Source: Vicugna vicugna
Taxonomy: Eukaryota
Assembly (NCBI GenBank): GCA_013265495.1
Contig: MU061538.1
Coordinates: 2,253,339 to 2,317,338, forward strand
Direction of reading: 5' to 3'
DNA: 64,000 nucleotides
The position numbers were made by a program, and so were the translations under genes. This document shows, piece by piece, positions 25,767-38,000 of this stretch (position 1 is its first letter; each line of letters begins with the position of its first letter). The notes under the pieces are model-generated. The model saw nothing but the letters and a program-made list of their open reading frames with translations. It made no database searches and was not told the origin of the DNA.

Positions 25767-25976
25767 CCAGGTTTCTCCACAGCAGTGCAAAGGACATTTT
25801 GCACAGGGTAGCTGTTGTGGAGGCTGTCCTGTGCATCGTGGGGTGTTTAGCAGCTTCCTGGCCTCGACCACTAGATGTCAGTTGTACCCCCTCCATAGTC
25901 TTGACAACCGAGAATGTTTCCAGGAATTGCCAGATGCCCCCTTGGGGGCAAAACTGCCCATACTTAAGAACCACTG
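25767..25976 (+). mobile_element. MER20 DNA transposon
   Basis: ggctgtcctgtgcatcgtggggtgtttagcagc...cactagatg...ttgccagatgccccttgggggcaaaactgccc...aagaaccactg. Confidence 0.85.
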
Positions 25977-28184
25977 ATCTAAGTCCTCTTGACTAACAGG
26001 CTGACTGGGTGCCAGTCGCTGTGCTCAGAGTGAAGGGGGAGCAGTGTGTGGGCACCTTCTGACCTTAGAGCATAACGCGTAATACATTATACACGCGTGC
26101 TTATTCTAAGGTAACTGCTTCATTGCAGTATTGTCCGTGTTAAATTGGAAACAACAAATGTGCAACAAGACAGAGTTGATTAAATTAAGGCAATTTAAAA
26201 TGGGACATTATATATTCATTAAATCATGTAATCTATTATCTACTGACATGGAAGGACATTCTGTTTGTTTTTTTAAGCTGCAGAAGAGTGTGTGGAGTAT
26301 AATTATTTTTAGGGAAAAAATGTATTTGTATGGGAGTGTCTGGAAGGGTTCAGGCAGTGCTGCCTCTGGGTGAATTTGAAGTAATTTGAATTTTTCCCTT
26401 ACTCATGTTTTCTAGTTTTTGTGCACTGAATAGCTGGATGACCACTGGTGGCAACTGTGTCCTGTGGGTCAGGAGGATCTCTCTGGTGAAGAAACATGCC
26501 TTTTGGCTCCCAGATTCTCCTGTGGTAAAACTCTGGCTTGCTTATGCCTCTAACTTAAGTACTCCCTTTCATGAGAAGGTTACATGTTGTAGTCTATAAA
26601 CCCAGACTAAACACTGATAACACCTAACTTTAAGAAGTATGTGATGAGCTGAACTGAACACGAGAACAAGACTGAGACTGCTGTCTCCCACACAGAGATG
26701 TTTTTTTCAAAAGCCATTTGCAAATAAATAACTGCCTCGAGTCCGCACCAGTAGGCACACTTTGAGTTAGTATTTCCAACTTTCCTTTTCCATTTTCTAA
26801 TTTCACTTTTTTCCTAGCCTTGAGTTATCTCATTTTGCAAAATAGAAAATAAGATGCATTACCGTATTTATCAAATTAGTATTAAACAGGCTATTTGTTC
26901 TCTGAAGTTCATCAAAATGAGCATGCGTTGAACTCAGTTGGGAGAAGTGTAAAAATATTAACGCTCAAGGGTTGTATTTAGATGTCATTGATGTAGCGAA
27001 GTTAAAGAAATACAAAGCTTCTGTTAAATGAACTGATACTTCTTCAGAACATCCCTTATCCGCATGAAATTTGATTTCATCTGAAGATGTTTTTCATTAC
27101 TGGCAAAGTAGCAATGTTTGATACACTCTACGGAAGGTTTTGTGGGCCACTGGACCAGGGCCTTCCTGACGCTGGTGCTGTTAGGCCCACACGTGTGTAC
27201 AGCACTGACCTGGCACAATACGCTGATGGTTTACAACCTCTCACAGGTTGATGGGATTCTAAGTAGATTTCTTAGTCCCACCGTCTGCCTTCTTGACTAT
27301 CCAAGTCACAGTAGGGTAAACCTGCCCTGCTCAATGTTACAAGTTCTTTTTTAACTTACAAAATAAAACACCCAGTTGAGGTATGCTTTAAGACTTTTAA
27401 CATAAAACCACATGTTTAGTTCCTGCTTAGGGAAGAAAAGAGCTAAAAAGAAGTTCTTCTCTCACGCAGGTCAATAAGGGGCATGCTAATTTTGGTTCGG
27501 TTTTTATAAATAACTTATCACTCAGACATTTTTGTTAACAGGGAAAGTAAAATGTTACAAGGGTCAATACCAAATACATGCTTGGGTATTCAAAGGAAGA
27601 ATATTCACTTAGGCAAGTACTCATTGTTTTTATTTTTGTAAAGAAATGGGTTAGCTTTAGAATAGGGCTGTTCCAGACTGTTCAGAAGACAAATGAAAAG
27701 ACAAAACGCAGGAAACATCAGAAAGAGAAAACGTAAGTATATTTAAAAGGCTTAATGAGTGCTTGCTTTCTGCGTGTACAAAATCATTTATTACATACCT
27801 GCAAGCGTACAGTCAAAGCCGTATTCACCTAACCACAAAGAGCCAGTGCTCATCAATGAACCAATCAAACTTTTACTTTCAGAACCGATCATCAAACACT
27901 GAAAGCGACGGAACAAAGGCCTCAGAAGTGACTTAATGCCACGTTAGGGTGCCACGGTAATTCTGAAAGGTTTCTCTTAACCAGTTTCGGTGTATTTACT
28001 TAAAGTGGCTTTGTGTTTAGCAGCAACAGTAGGCGATGCCTTCAGCCCCGTGGAGAAGAAACGACCCGACTCGCGTTCCTCTTGCCGCCCGGCTCCCGCG
28101 AGGAGCCGGGCCGCGCAGGTGCGCCCGCGAGCCGCGCAGGTGCGTGCCGAGCGCGGAGTCCCCTCGCGCCGCGGCGCCGCCGGA

Positions 28185-28192
28185 TGACGTCA
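28185..28192. promoter_or_regulatory. Palindromic CRE (CREB/ATF site)
   Basis: TGACGTCA, with two further CGTCA half-sites within 40 bp downstream. Confidence 0.6.
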
Positions 28193-28556
28193 GAGCGCGG
28201 CCGCACGTCACGGCCGGGTGTCGTCACCGGTGCCCGGAGGGAGGGCAACGGGGCTCGTTCCGACGGCCAAGGTCCCCGCAGGAGCGGGGTCGGAGATCGA
28301 GGGGAGGCCCACGGGGCGCCTCGGCCAGCCCGTGGGGCCCGGTCCGCGACGCGGCCCAGCGCCCCCGCCCTTCAGCCGGGCCCGTGATCCGATCTCCTGG
28401 GCCTGGGGCGTTACCTCGGGTCTCGTCAGGCAGTAGCTGGCGACGCTCCGCTCCTCAGCTCCCGAGGCCCCGACCCCAGGCCCCGGGGCGCGGGGCGCGC
28501 TCCCGGTGCCGCCGCCGCCGCCGCCGCCCGGCCCGCGGGCCCGCCCCCTCCGCCGC

Positions 28557-28566
28557 GCGCATGCGC
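28557..28566. promoter_or_regulatory. NRF1 site
   Basis: Palindrome GCGCATGCGC inside the CpG island. Confidence 0.6.
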
Positions 28567-29005
28567 CACCCGAGCGGCCGCGCGTGTTGACGGGAGGGGC
28601 CTCCGCGTTCCCTTCTTTCCCGGGACCGGCCCACTCTGGCTCCACCAAGGGGGGAGCGGGTTTCCCCGCGACCCCGGGGCAGCTTCCCGCGGGGGCAGCG
28701 CCGGCCACGGGCCCCTGTCTCCGGAGCGGACTGCTCAGTGGCCAGGTCCCCGGGGCCGCGGGCCGCAGCGAGGCGCTGGGCAGCGCTAGCTGAGGCCCTG
28801 CCCTCGTCAGCCTCCCCCTCAGCGGCGGGCGGGATGGTGCGTCCCGCAGGGCGCGCGCGGCTCCCGCGCCTGCGCCGCTCGGCGCGGGCGGGGGCGCGGA
28901 GGGCGGGGGAGCGGGCCCGACTCGCAGGACCGGGCCGGGGCCGCGCGGGCCGCGCCGTTGGGGAGCGGGCCCCGCGGGCCGGGCGGGGCGGGGGCCGCCG
29001 CCACC

Positions 29006-29086
29006 ATGTCGGACCAGGCGCCCAAAGTTCCCGAGGAGATGTTCAGGGAGGTCAAGTACTACGCGGTGGGCGACATCGACCCGCAG
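29006..29086 (+). CDS. PAXIP1: PAXIP1 coding exon 1
   Basis: GCCGCCGCCACC-ATG at 29006; [27 protein letters not shown]; donor CAG|GTAC. Confidence 0.97.
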
Positions 29087-32000
29087 GTACCACGCCGCCC
29101 CCCGTCCGCGTCCCCGGCTCCCGCCGCGGGCACGCGCCCGACCGCGGACGTCGGGGCCCCGCCGCCGGGTCCTGCCGGCCTGGCTGCGCGGAGGCCGGGC
29201 CTCCTGGCGCCGAGCAGGCCGGCAGCGGGCCCCGGAGGGGAGGGGTGCCCCCTTGTCTGAGGGTCGGCGGGACCCCGGGAGGGGACTGCGGGACCCACGG
29301 CCGGGAGGGAACTTGAAGACGACATGCCCAGACCCGAGAGGAGGAGGGCACATGGGTGGGGGTCCCCGCCAATTGCCCGGCGTCGATTGTCGCCGTCCCC
29401 GCGCGGTGGGGGATCGGCGTGCTGTCGCGTGGCCGTGAGCCCCCACGCCCGCCTCGCCAGCCTCGCCAGCCTCGTCCGCTTCCCACTCTGCTCCTTTCTG
29501 GAGCGGGATTCAGCCAGGGACGCCCTTCCTGCTGCCCGCTCCGGCCGCCTGGGCCCCCGCAGCGGCGGTTGCAGGCCGGGCGGGGTGACGGGGTGGCCGC
29601 GGGAACTCTTAGCAGGTGGAGCTGTGAGGGACCCCAGTTCCGGGCTGCAGAGGGGACAGTCAGCCGCCCCTCGGGTGGCAGCCTCCCGAGGTCGCATGTC
29701 TGCAGCCTGAGTTCACCGGCGAATTCATATTCCTCGCTTTTCCTAATTGAGTGAATTATATAGTTAAGTGTGGGAAGTACCCCGGTAACACCATCACACT
29801 AAGCACTTAATTTCTTGCCATTTGGGCTCGTGCTAAAGGATTTTGTGGCTTTTCCTAAGCTTTTCTGAGTAATGCATCTGTTTGAATGTCAGAATGTTAT
29901 TCTTCCATGGTGGGAATGAACCTTAGTTAAATATTCAGATGAATGTTCACAATTTTCTCTTTCTGGAAGTTTATGGATTCAGTTATATGGCCTTGGTGGC
30001 TCCTTAGCAGGGAGTGCTGCGCCTGGAGGAGAGGCCTGTGGGGCCTGATGGACGGAACTCAGGCCTGGGCTGGATGAGTGGGGACGGACTCAGGCTGACG
30101 AGTAGTCTTGGTTGGCATACGGGGAACGTGGAAGGCTGAGTGGTCCTGGCCTTCTAGAGGCTTGTGTGTGGCTATGTTTGTACCTAAACTCTTTTGGAGG
30201 ACCCCAAAGGTGGATTCTTTGCCTACTTTAAGTGTAAGATAAAGAGGCTTTGAATTTAGAGGTAAACGGTGCTGAGCCCAGAGTGCTGAAAATGAGCGCC
30301 TGCAAGGTAGTGGCTTTTTCCACTGTCGGTTTTCCTTTTCTTCGCTGTCCACCGGTCTTCTCCCCACTGGCCTTCCTGCTCCCGTTTCATTTTAGGATTT
30401 TGGCCCTTAAGGGGAACTTGAACCAAATGTTACTTAAAACCTGGAACAAGCTGAACTGGAGCTGTATTGACTCAACTGTGAATCAAATCTAAGGGCTTAA
30501 AAATTTAAACTATCCTTGGTGAGCCACTCTGATCTGAAACAGTCTATTTTCTAAAAAGTTTAGAGCCAGAATATTCAATTCTGTCAATCTTCTAAGTGTG
30601 GATTCAGAGAGTTCACATGTGTGGAACATCCAGTCCGCCTCCAGATGTGGCGTGCACGCCCTGCTCCGAGCGCACAGCCTGCTCCTCCGACCCTCGCCTG
30701 GCCTCCACCTGCCCCTCAGGTCTCCGCTGCGGGCTCATGGCCTCCATTCATTTCCTGCTCTCTGCTCGGGGTCTCATTCGCTCTCCAAGCTTTGGCCCCG
30801 TCTCTCTAATATGCTGATGACTCCATTCGGGGGACCCAGGTCTTGTCCCAGATGCACTGGATGTCTTGCTAGATCTTACACTGGCAGAGAAGGACGCGCC
30901 CTAAACTAAAAGACTTCCTTGTTCCCCCACCTCTGCTGGTACTGGTCCCTGGTGAGTGGTGCTCCTGTCCCCCCAGCGCTTCTCTTCTCTTGCACCTCCG
31001 CCCCTTTCTGTCACCGAGTCTTGCTGGTTCATGTCATCTTCCCACCCCAGTGACATCCTTTAGTTCAGTTACCTGCCCTTCCACTTGGGTTACTGCAGTT
31101 GTTCCTTAGCAGGTGTTCTGGCTCCTGTCCTGCAGCCAGCCCAGTGCGTCCCTCTCACACTGACAGTGATCTTCCTGTAAGAGCTGATCACGCCACATTC
31201 CTGTGTAACACCCTTCCACGTCTCTCCAGAAGACACTCTGTACCTTATTTCAGCATAAAGTACAAATGTTTTGCTTAGTGTATGTGAAAGACCACTGATG
31301 GTCTAATTCATATTCACCTGTCTGGTGTGTTGAACCCTGCTCCCTCCACACAACGTGTGTGGTTTTGCCTGGCTAAGTCCTTTAGATTCATAAGGATTCT
31401 GCTCATGTAGCTCCTCTTCCAGAAACTTCTCCGTTTATCAGAACTGTCTGTCCCCAAGCCCTCATGTTTGAGACACGGGAGTGCTGTGTGCTAGCTCAGT
31501 CTCAGCACTGCTGGTGTCGTGTTCTACTTGTCTGTCATTCCTTCTGTCCTCAGGACAGACACTGGCTAGTACCTGATTCACAGCACCTCCACACTCACCT
31601 GTCGGTGTCCCCAAACGTGTCCTTGCATATGACTCAGAGTAAGGGTTATTAATGCCATGTGGAGAACATGGTATGTGTTTATTAGAATTTTCGTTGTTTA
31701 TAATAATTTGTACAAAATGAGAATGAAATGCAGGATTTTCCATTCTAATCTGTGTGGGTTTTTAAAGGTTATTCAGCTTCTGAAAGCTGGAAAAGCTAAG
31801 GAAGTGTCGTACAATGCGCTGGCCTCACACATAATTTCAGAAGACGGGGACAACCCGGAGGTGGGAGAAGCTCGGGAAGTCTTCGATTTACCTGTCGTAA
31901 AGGTCAGTAGTAAGTCTAACCTGTTGTGAGCATTTCATGACGTGCCTTGAAAGCAGAACATTGACACTTCATTGCGGCTCTTCTCTAAAGTGTTTGCCAA

Positions 32001-35000
32001 GTGTTGCTCCGGGTGGGCTGCCGCCGGACGAGTAAAGCCCTTCTGGCACCTCGGGACCTCAGCGTAAGCTCTGTAAGCTAAGCCGCACTGTAGCAAGGTT
32101 TCTGCTTATGCACCTGCTATGGGCAACCCCATTTTGTCACTGTCTGGAAGCTCCCGAGCCAAGGAAGGAAGGAGGTGGACGTGCTGAAGCAGGTGAAGCC
32201 TCCTGAGAAAGTGTGTTTGATTCTGAAAGCAGGTGAAGCCCTGCCGAGGGCAGCTCCTGAGCCCCGGCCCCTCCCTCCCCACCAAGGCAAGCGGTCCTGC
32301 TTTCCAGGTGCACAAGTTGAGGGAGCCCTGCGCCCTCTGGGCCATGTCACTGCTCTCCAGCGAGGGTCACAGTGAGCGCTTGTTCCACTGTCCCCTGCTG
32401 GCCGTCTGTGCTGCTATCCAGCTTGACCGTGGGTAGTTTATTCTAGAAAATGGAGCCTCAGCTGGTGGGTGAATAGGTCAGATTTTGTTGATGTACGTAT
32501 TGTGCAGCTCTGTTGCGGCTGGTAGTTGAATGGATTGCTGTTAAATGTGGTTTTTTAATCTTAATTTTGTACTTTTGGTCCTTCAGCTTTTTTTTCTCAG
32601 CTCCTGTATTATGTACTTGTTTGAGAAAGGTTCTGTTCTACTACTGTTTTTTTCTCCCTTCTTGATGCTGTTTCATGTGTCACTTTCAGAAAAATCAGGA
32701 TGGAAGTTACTGTGGTTTGGAAACACAAGAGGTTCGAGTTGGGAGAGCATGCCGTTGAGTCAGGCTGGCGGCGGAGACGCCGGCTTGCTGCCGGGGTGGA
32801 GGTGGGGTGGGGGCGTCTCAAACCTCACCAGCATCCAGGGCCTGAAACCCTGCCTCGGAAGCTCAGAAACCTGGTTTTTGAAAATAAACCTGAAAGCGGA
32901 TCTGTCTCACAAGATGGTTCTCATAAACCAAACCCTCACAGACCTGCTGTTTACGTCAAAATAACTGTTTACTTGGCAGCGATGAAATGCAGCGGTCACG
33001 TTCCGCGCGGGAATGCGTGTCTCCATGAGGCCAGCTCGGCCTCCCCCGGGCGGTCCCTTGTGAAGCCTGAGTGTCAGCGGGTTTCCTGCCTGGCGCTCCT
33101 GGTGCCTCTCGGCCAGAGAGATGGCCCCGCTGCAGACAAGAGGCAGTGGGCTCAGGCCCCAGCCGCCCTGAGCCCTGTTCTGGTCTGTGGTGTGCTTCCT
33201 TTCCTCCTTCGCTGCAGGGACAGTATCTCATCCCGTCCCTTGTCTGCAGACTTTCTTCCTCCCAGGCAGGGGCCTGGAGCCTTCTGTCTCATCATCCGAG
33301 TGATGGCACAGGTGTTGTGGGGATTTCTTAGTGAACCTTAAAAGGGTGGCTTGTTAACAGATCTGGGTGCCCAGGTCATTGTTCCCAGACCACTTACAAC
33401 AGTGCTTCTTAAATCTGGTGACCTCCCCAAGCCCTTTTTGTAGCAAATATTTTGTAACACCCCCTTTATTATCCTGAAATGAAATTCCTAGGTAAGGTAA
33501 CATCACAAGACTTAAATCTCTGTGTATAAATTGCCCAAACTGAAATGGAAAGGAGAGGAAAAAAGGGACACAAACAACAAGTGCACATGTCAGTGTAAAT
33601 ACTCCATCCCCTGCAGGCTGGCGTGAAAGAGTCCCAGGCCGCTGGGCGTAGAACCAGCGTCCCACAGCTGCAGGCGCCAGCTGCGGGGTGACTTTGCAGA
33701 ATGGTGATCAACCCTTGCTAAAATTCTGAGCTAAACAACAGAAGTTGAATTGCCAGAAGAATCCGTCTAATATGCTGCATAAAAACCGCTGTTTCCCAGC
33801 TTCCCTGTCAGCCCCATGTTGTCGCCTGGCTTAGTACCCCCCACCCTCCTTTCCCCGTCTTGGCTGCAGTGTTTCCCAGGGGCCCCGGGGATGCTGTTCT
33901 TCCATCCTCTTCAGCATCCAGCCTACTTTGAATCTGTGCCAGCACCTGTGCTGTGCAGGATTACAGTGTTACGTGACGGGATGACAGAGTTTTCCAGAAC
34001 CGGTCCAACTGCGCTCACTCCCAGAGAGGACTGTCAGACCCTCAGGTTCCTGTCTGAACCTAACTGGCCTTTGCTGTTGGGGCTGCTCTCAGCAGTGGGG
34101 TCTGGGTCCAGCTCGAGGCAGAGGCCTGCTTCTCTGAGCCCATATTCCTTGGCCTTGACCTTAATATTAAATATGACAAATATATTTTAAAAACAAGGCA
34201 TCCTTTTGCCTGGGGACATATCACATATTTGAATTTTATCACATATTTGAATTTTATAGATTTTAGAACTTGCTTCTTTAGGCACTAAAACTTTTTAATT
34301 AACTTTTTAGTGTACCTCTGTTTGTGCTGTTGCGTGTCAGCTACGCTGAGCTGCCGTGCGCTTACCCTGTGTGTGCTCTTGCTTGCCGTCCGGGTAAAAG
34401 TTCCTCGTTGCTGTCCTCTCCCAGTTGCCCACTCCTGCTGTGTTACCGGCAGTGGGTCCCACCTCCTGACTCTGTGCTGTCTCACCCAGACTCACCTGAA
34501 AGCGGACCCCGGGGTGATTCTGTTCTGCGTAGCCTTTGTAACAGCCCACCCAGCGGTAGTCAACTGGGGTGCCCGCACTAATCCTCCCCAAGGCCCCGGG
34601 GGACCACCTTCCAGGGCGAGTGCTGTGTGGGCGCCTTCCAGACTCTTGGCCTCCTTACACGGCCCTTCCTCAGGCGGCCTGAGGTCCCTCCTCAGGTCAC
34701 GCTCGCTCTTCAGTGTGCCCGGGAGAGTCGTGCCTGTACCATCCGAGTCACGTTCCAGCGCGCTGACCTGGCTCTGAACCTCCTCCCGGACGCCCCGCAG
34801 AGGGGTGATCGGGAACACTGGTGTAGAAAGCCGCCCTGGTGCTTCACCAGGTGCCAAGGAACTGAGGGGCTCTGGTGTTACTGCTGAGAATAAGCTTGGC
34901 TCACGTGAAGAAGACCTGAACATAGGAGTCAGAGCTGATACGGGGCACTGATGCTGGCCAGTTCCTCAGGTTTAACTGGAGTTTCCCCGGGACTGTCAAA

Positions 35001-38000
35001 AGTGAAGACTCACTGGGTAAAGTGCATGGATAGAAACACTGAATGCTTTCTTTTAGCTTGGTGCACTTTGTCCAATGTTAGTTAAAACATTTGGTGAAAT
35101 TCTCACATCATCATGAAATAATTATCCCAAGCAGGACCCATCTTTATCTTGTAAAACGTTTGGTGTTTCTGCAGTGCTCGCAGGTGTTGTGCTTACATGG
35201 CCTGACGCTGGAAGATTGCTTATGTCACCTTAGAAATGGTGGGGGTGCTTTATTTTCTGAAGTTCTTTCAAGGTGTACATGATGCATGAGAAATGAATAT
35301 GTTTCAGTTGGCTGAAGTTTCTGGAAGTCACCTGGCTAAGTGGGATATTACTGCACTTTTTATAGTAATTTTTGAAGGAGAGCTATTGGGATAATGATTA
35401 ATGTATTTTTCTAAAGTAAATATAGAAGTACAAGATAATTTTTCAAAAATACAAGTTACCCAAAAAAGTAGTAATTAAGGAGTTTTTTATAATTAATCTG
35501 AGTTTTGTAATGCATAGAAAGATTACCAGACAGAAATACTTACGATTTACAAACACTGTATCTGCTTGGCTTCACTGAAAAAACTCGTAAATGTAGACTT
35601 GACTGCACTCAGGACTCCAGAAGGGAACTTAGGAGGGGCAGGCAGTCTGTACCTTGGACGGGGGCAGGGAGGGCATTCAGCTCCCCGTCCCACCAGCTTT
35701 GAGTTCAGTTTCTAGCCAGCCTAGAAGCTTAAGCAGTAATAAGTGTGTAAACCAGGAATTTAAATGTCTAGACATAATTTTTTTTAAGATCTGTAGTGTT
35801 TTATTCTATAATTGGGCTCTTTATCTTGGGCACCAATAACTAATCTTGGACTCTGGGATTTGTACAACTTGAATACTTATGGTTGTCACCTGGTGCTTTA
35901 TAGTTGGTTATAACAGAGCCTTTAATTTCTAGAAGCAAAACCAGTTTTGATTATGTTTTGATTATGAACTAGAACTGTTTTTGATTTGCTTTAATGTTTT
36001 CTTTTTCAGCCTTCTTGGGTGATTTTGTCCGTTCAATGTGGAGCTCTCCTGCCGTATCCTTTTTGGGGAAGCGGGGAGGGGAGGGCTGACTCTGGGTTTG
36101 AGACAGAAATGAGCATCACTTACTGAAACGATCGTCAGTGAGGACAGACTGTGTTGTGTGCACTGTGTCCCTGCTCTTTTTCATCCCGCGTCAACTTCTG
36201 TGCACCTTGTCCTTGTCATTCCCCACGGGAAAGGGGACCAGCTGTGCGGAGGTAGCTCCAGGCTGGGCACAGAGGGACAAATTCTGGTTCTCCTACGACT
36301 TGGCTTTCTGGTCTTGGGCAGTCTGGACCTCCGTTTTCTGGTCTTTGTAACAGTTTTTGTGCTGTCTAGTTAGATGGAATATTTCAAAATTCTAAGTCTG
36401 TGTGAACCAAATCATGAATTACTTGAAGAATGGATTGGGGAAAAGAACGTCAGAACATTTTTAGCTTTATAGCGTGCACCCTAAAGTATGCGCGTCATCG
36501 GAGAGCGTAATCTGATTTTGGAAATCACTTCTGTTGAGAGTCCTGCTCCCATACAGTTATGATGCCCCAGTGTAGACCTGGGCAGAGACGGAGTCGTTCA
36601 CTCTGCTTTGTTTTGCAGCCGTGCCAGGCCGATCCTGTGAGTGCGTTTGTTACTGAATAGACCGTCTGCCAGATAGAGGGACGCTTCCTACATTAAATAC
36701 TTACGGGGGCCTCAGATGGAGAAAATACCCCTTCATAAGCAGTTCTTGGAGAATGTGCACAACTTGTAGCAACTCTGTCTCAAAAATTCTATGATTTCTC
36801 TTCCACAGTATGAAGAGTTGCAGAAAATTGGCTCCTGGTTAGTTTCTGGCTTTGGTTAGTTAGGGGTTTGAGGTCTGTGGTTTGACTTCTTTATCAGCAC
36901 AGGTGGGAGAGTGGGAGCAGGGGTGACGTTTTTGAAGATAGGAGGCTCATTCCCTTCCTCCACTGGGTCCATTGCTCTCCACGCAAGACGCCCTGAGAAG
37001 CTGTCATCTTGTTTGGGCTCCTGCTGGCCGCTCCTGAGAAGATTAAAGGGACAGAAAGGAAACTCCCAGACTTGGTTAGACAACACGCTCGTAATTTGCC
37101 TTTGCTCATGTTTCCCCAAGTCTTTGGAAGTAGGAAATCCCCACACTGAGGTAGGAGGTTGGAAACATCTTGGATAACGGGCTGAAGGCACGGCACTGGG
37201 GCCTGCAGAACGCAGTGGCAGGCAGGCTTCGTCTCCGCGTGGTTTCGCGGTGGGCCTGTGCGGGAGACTTCCATACTGCGGTGGGATGTTCAGTCTGATC
37301 TCTCCCTTAGTTCTTGATAGGTGTACTTTTCTCCTGGAGAGAGGAAGTAATACTTGAACCCATTTTGAATTCTAGACACTCCAAAGTCTTTAAAAAGTTG
37401 TCACATTTGCTTTTGAATAGACTGTAAAGTGCAGGCACCTCGAGGGGCCCTCTGCCCGGTGTCTGGCACACTGCAAGCTCTCAGTGGGTATGTCTGTGGA
37501 TTTTAAAAGTCAGAGCTTTCGAACTGGGAAGATCTGGAGAATTGTGTATGCTAACTATTTTTGGCAAACGGGAAGCTGACGCTCAGAGTTGCCTTGCCCA
37601 AGTTCACAAGGATCTATGATGGTAATAAACCTAGAACTCAGTTCTTTTATGAAGGATTCTCCTGTGCTTATGTTTCATTCTAAAAAATGGACTTAGGACT
37701 TCCAGTGTGCTTTTAAAATAATGGCTATGGTGTGTGTGTGCCTGTGTGTTTATATAGGTGTATGTAGTTGGCTAGCTCTCAGAGGTCTAATGTTTTCCCC
37801 TGTGAATATATGATACCCATTCTCTTGATGATGTAAGGGGAGAGACTGGACTTGAAGATGCATTTTGCAGAAGACCCCTCAGTTTCTGTGCTGTCAGCCT
37901 CTCTTTTTCCCAGCCTGCCCTGCACATTTCTTGGGTCATCTTGAGTCTGCCTCTTTTCCTGAGTGGGTTGAGTGGGAAGGAGGGGTGGCCAGGGTCCAAA

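Larger units (their letters stand above)
28050..29720. promoter_or_regulatory. CpG island / PAXIP1 promoter, probably bidirectional
   Basis: Very high GC and CpG density spanning exon 1; GC boxes, CRE, NRF1 site and a (GCC)7 run at 28508-28528. Confidence 0.92.

Noticed and set aside
28208..29446. 412-aa minus-strand ORF and other long ORFs across the CpG island
   Set aside because: Low-complexity G/P/R/A translation expected from stop-poor GC-rich DNA; non-ATG start and no recognisable domain.
32700..33341. 213-aa intronic ORF (also 48279-48926 on the minus strand, 215 aa)
   Set aside because: No domain-like composition; the second overlaps L2 remnants; consistent with chance ORFs.
34220..34255. 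18-bp tandem duplication atcacatatttgaatttt x2
   Set aside because: Simple slippage duplication with two units and no spacers; not an array.
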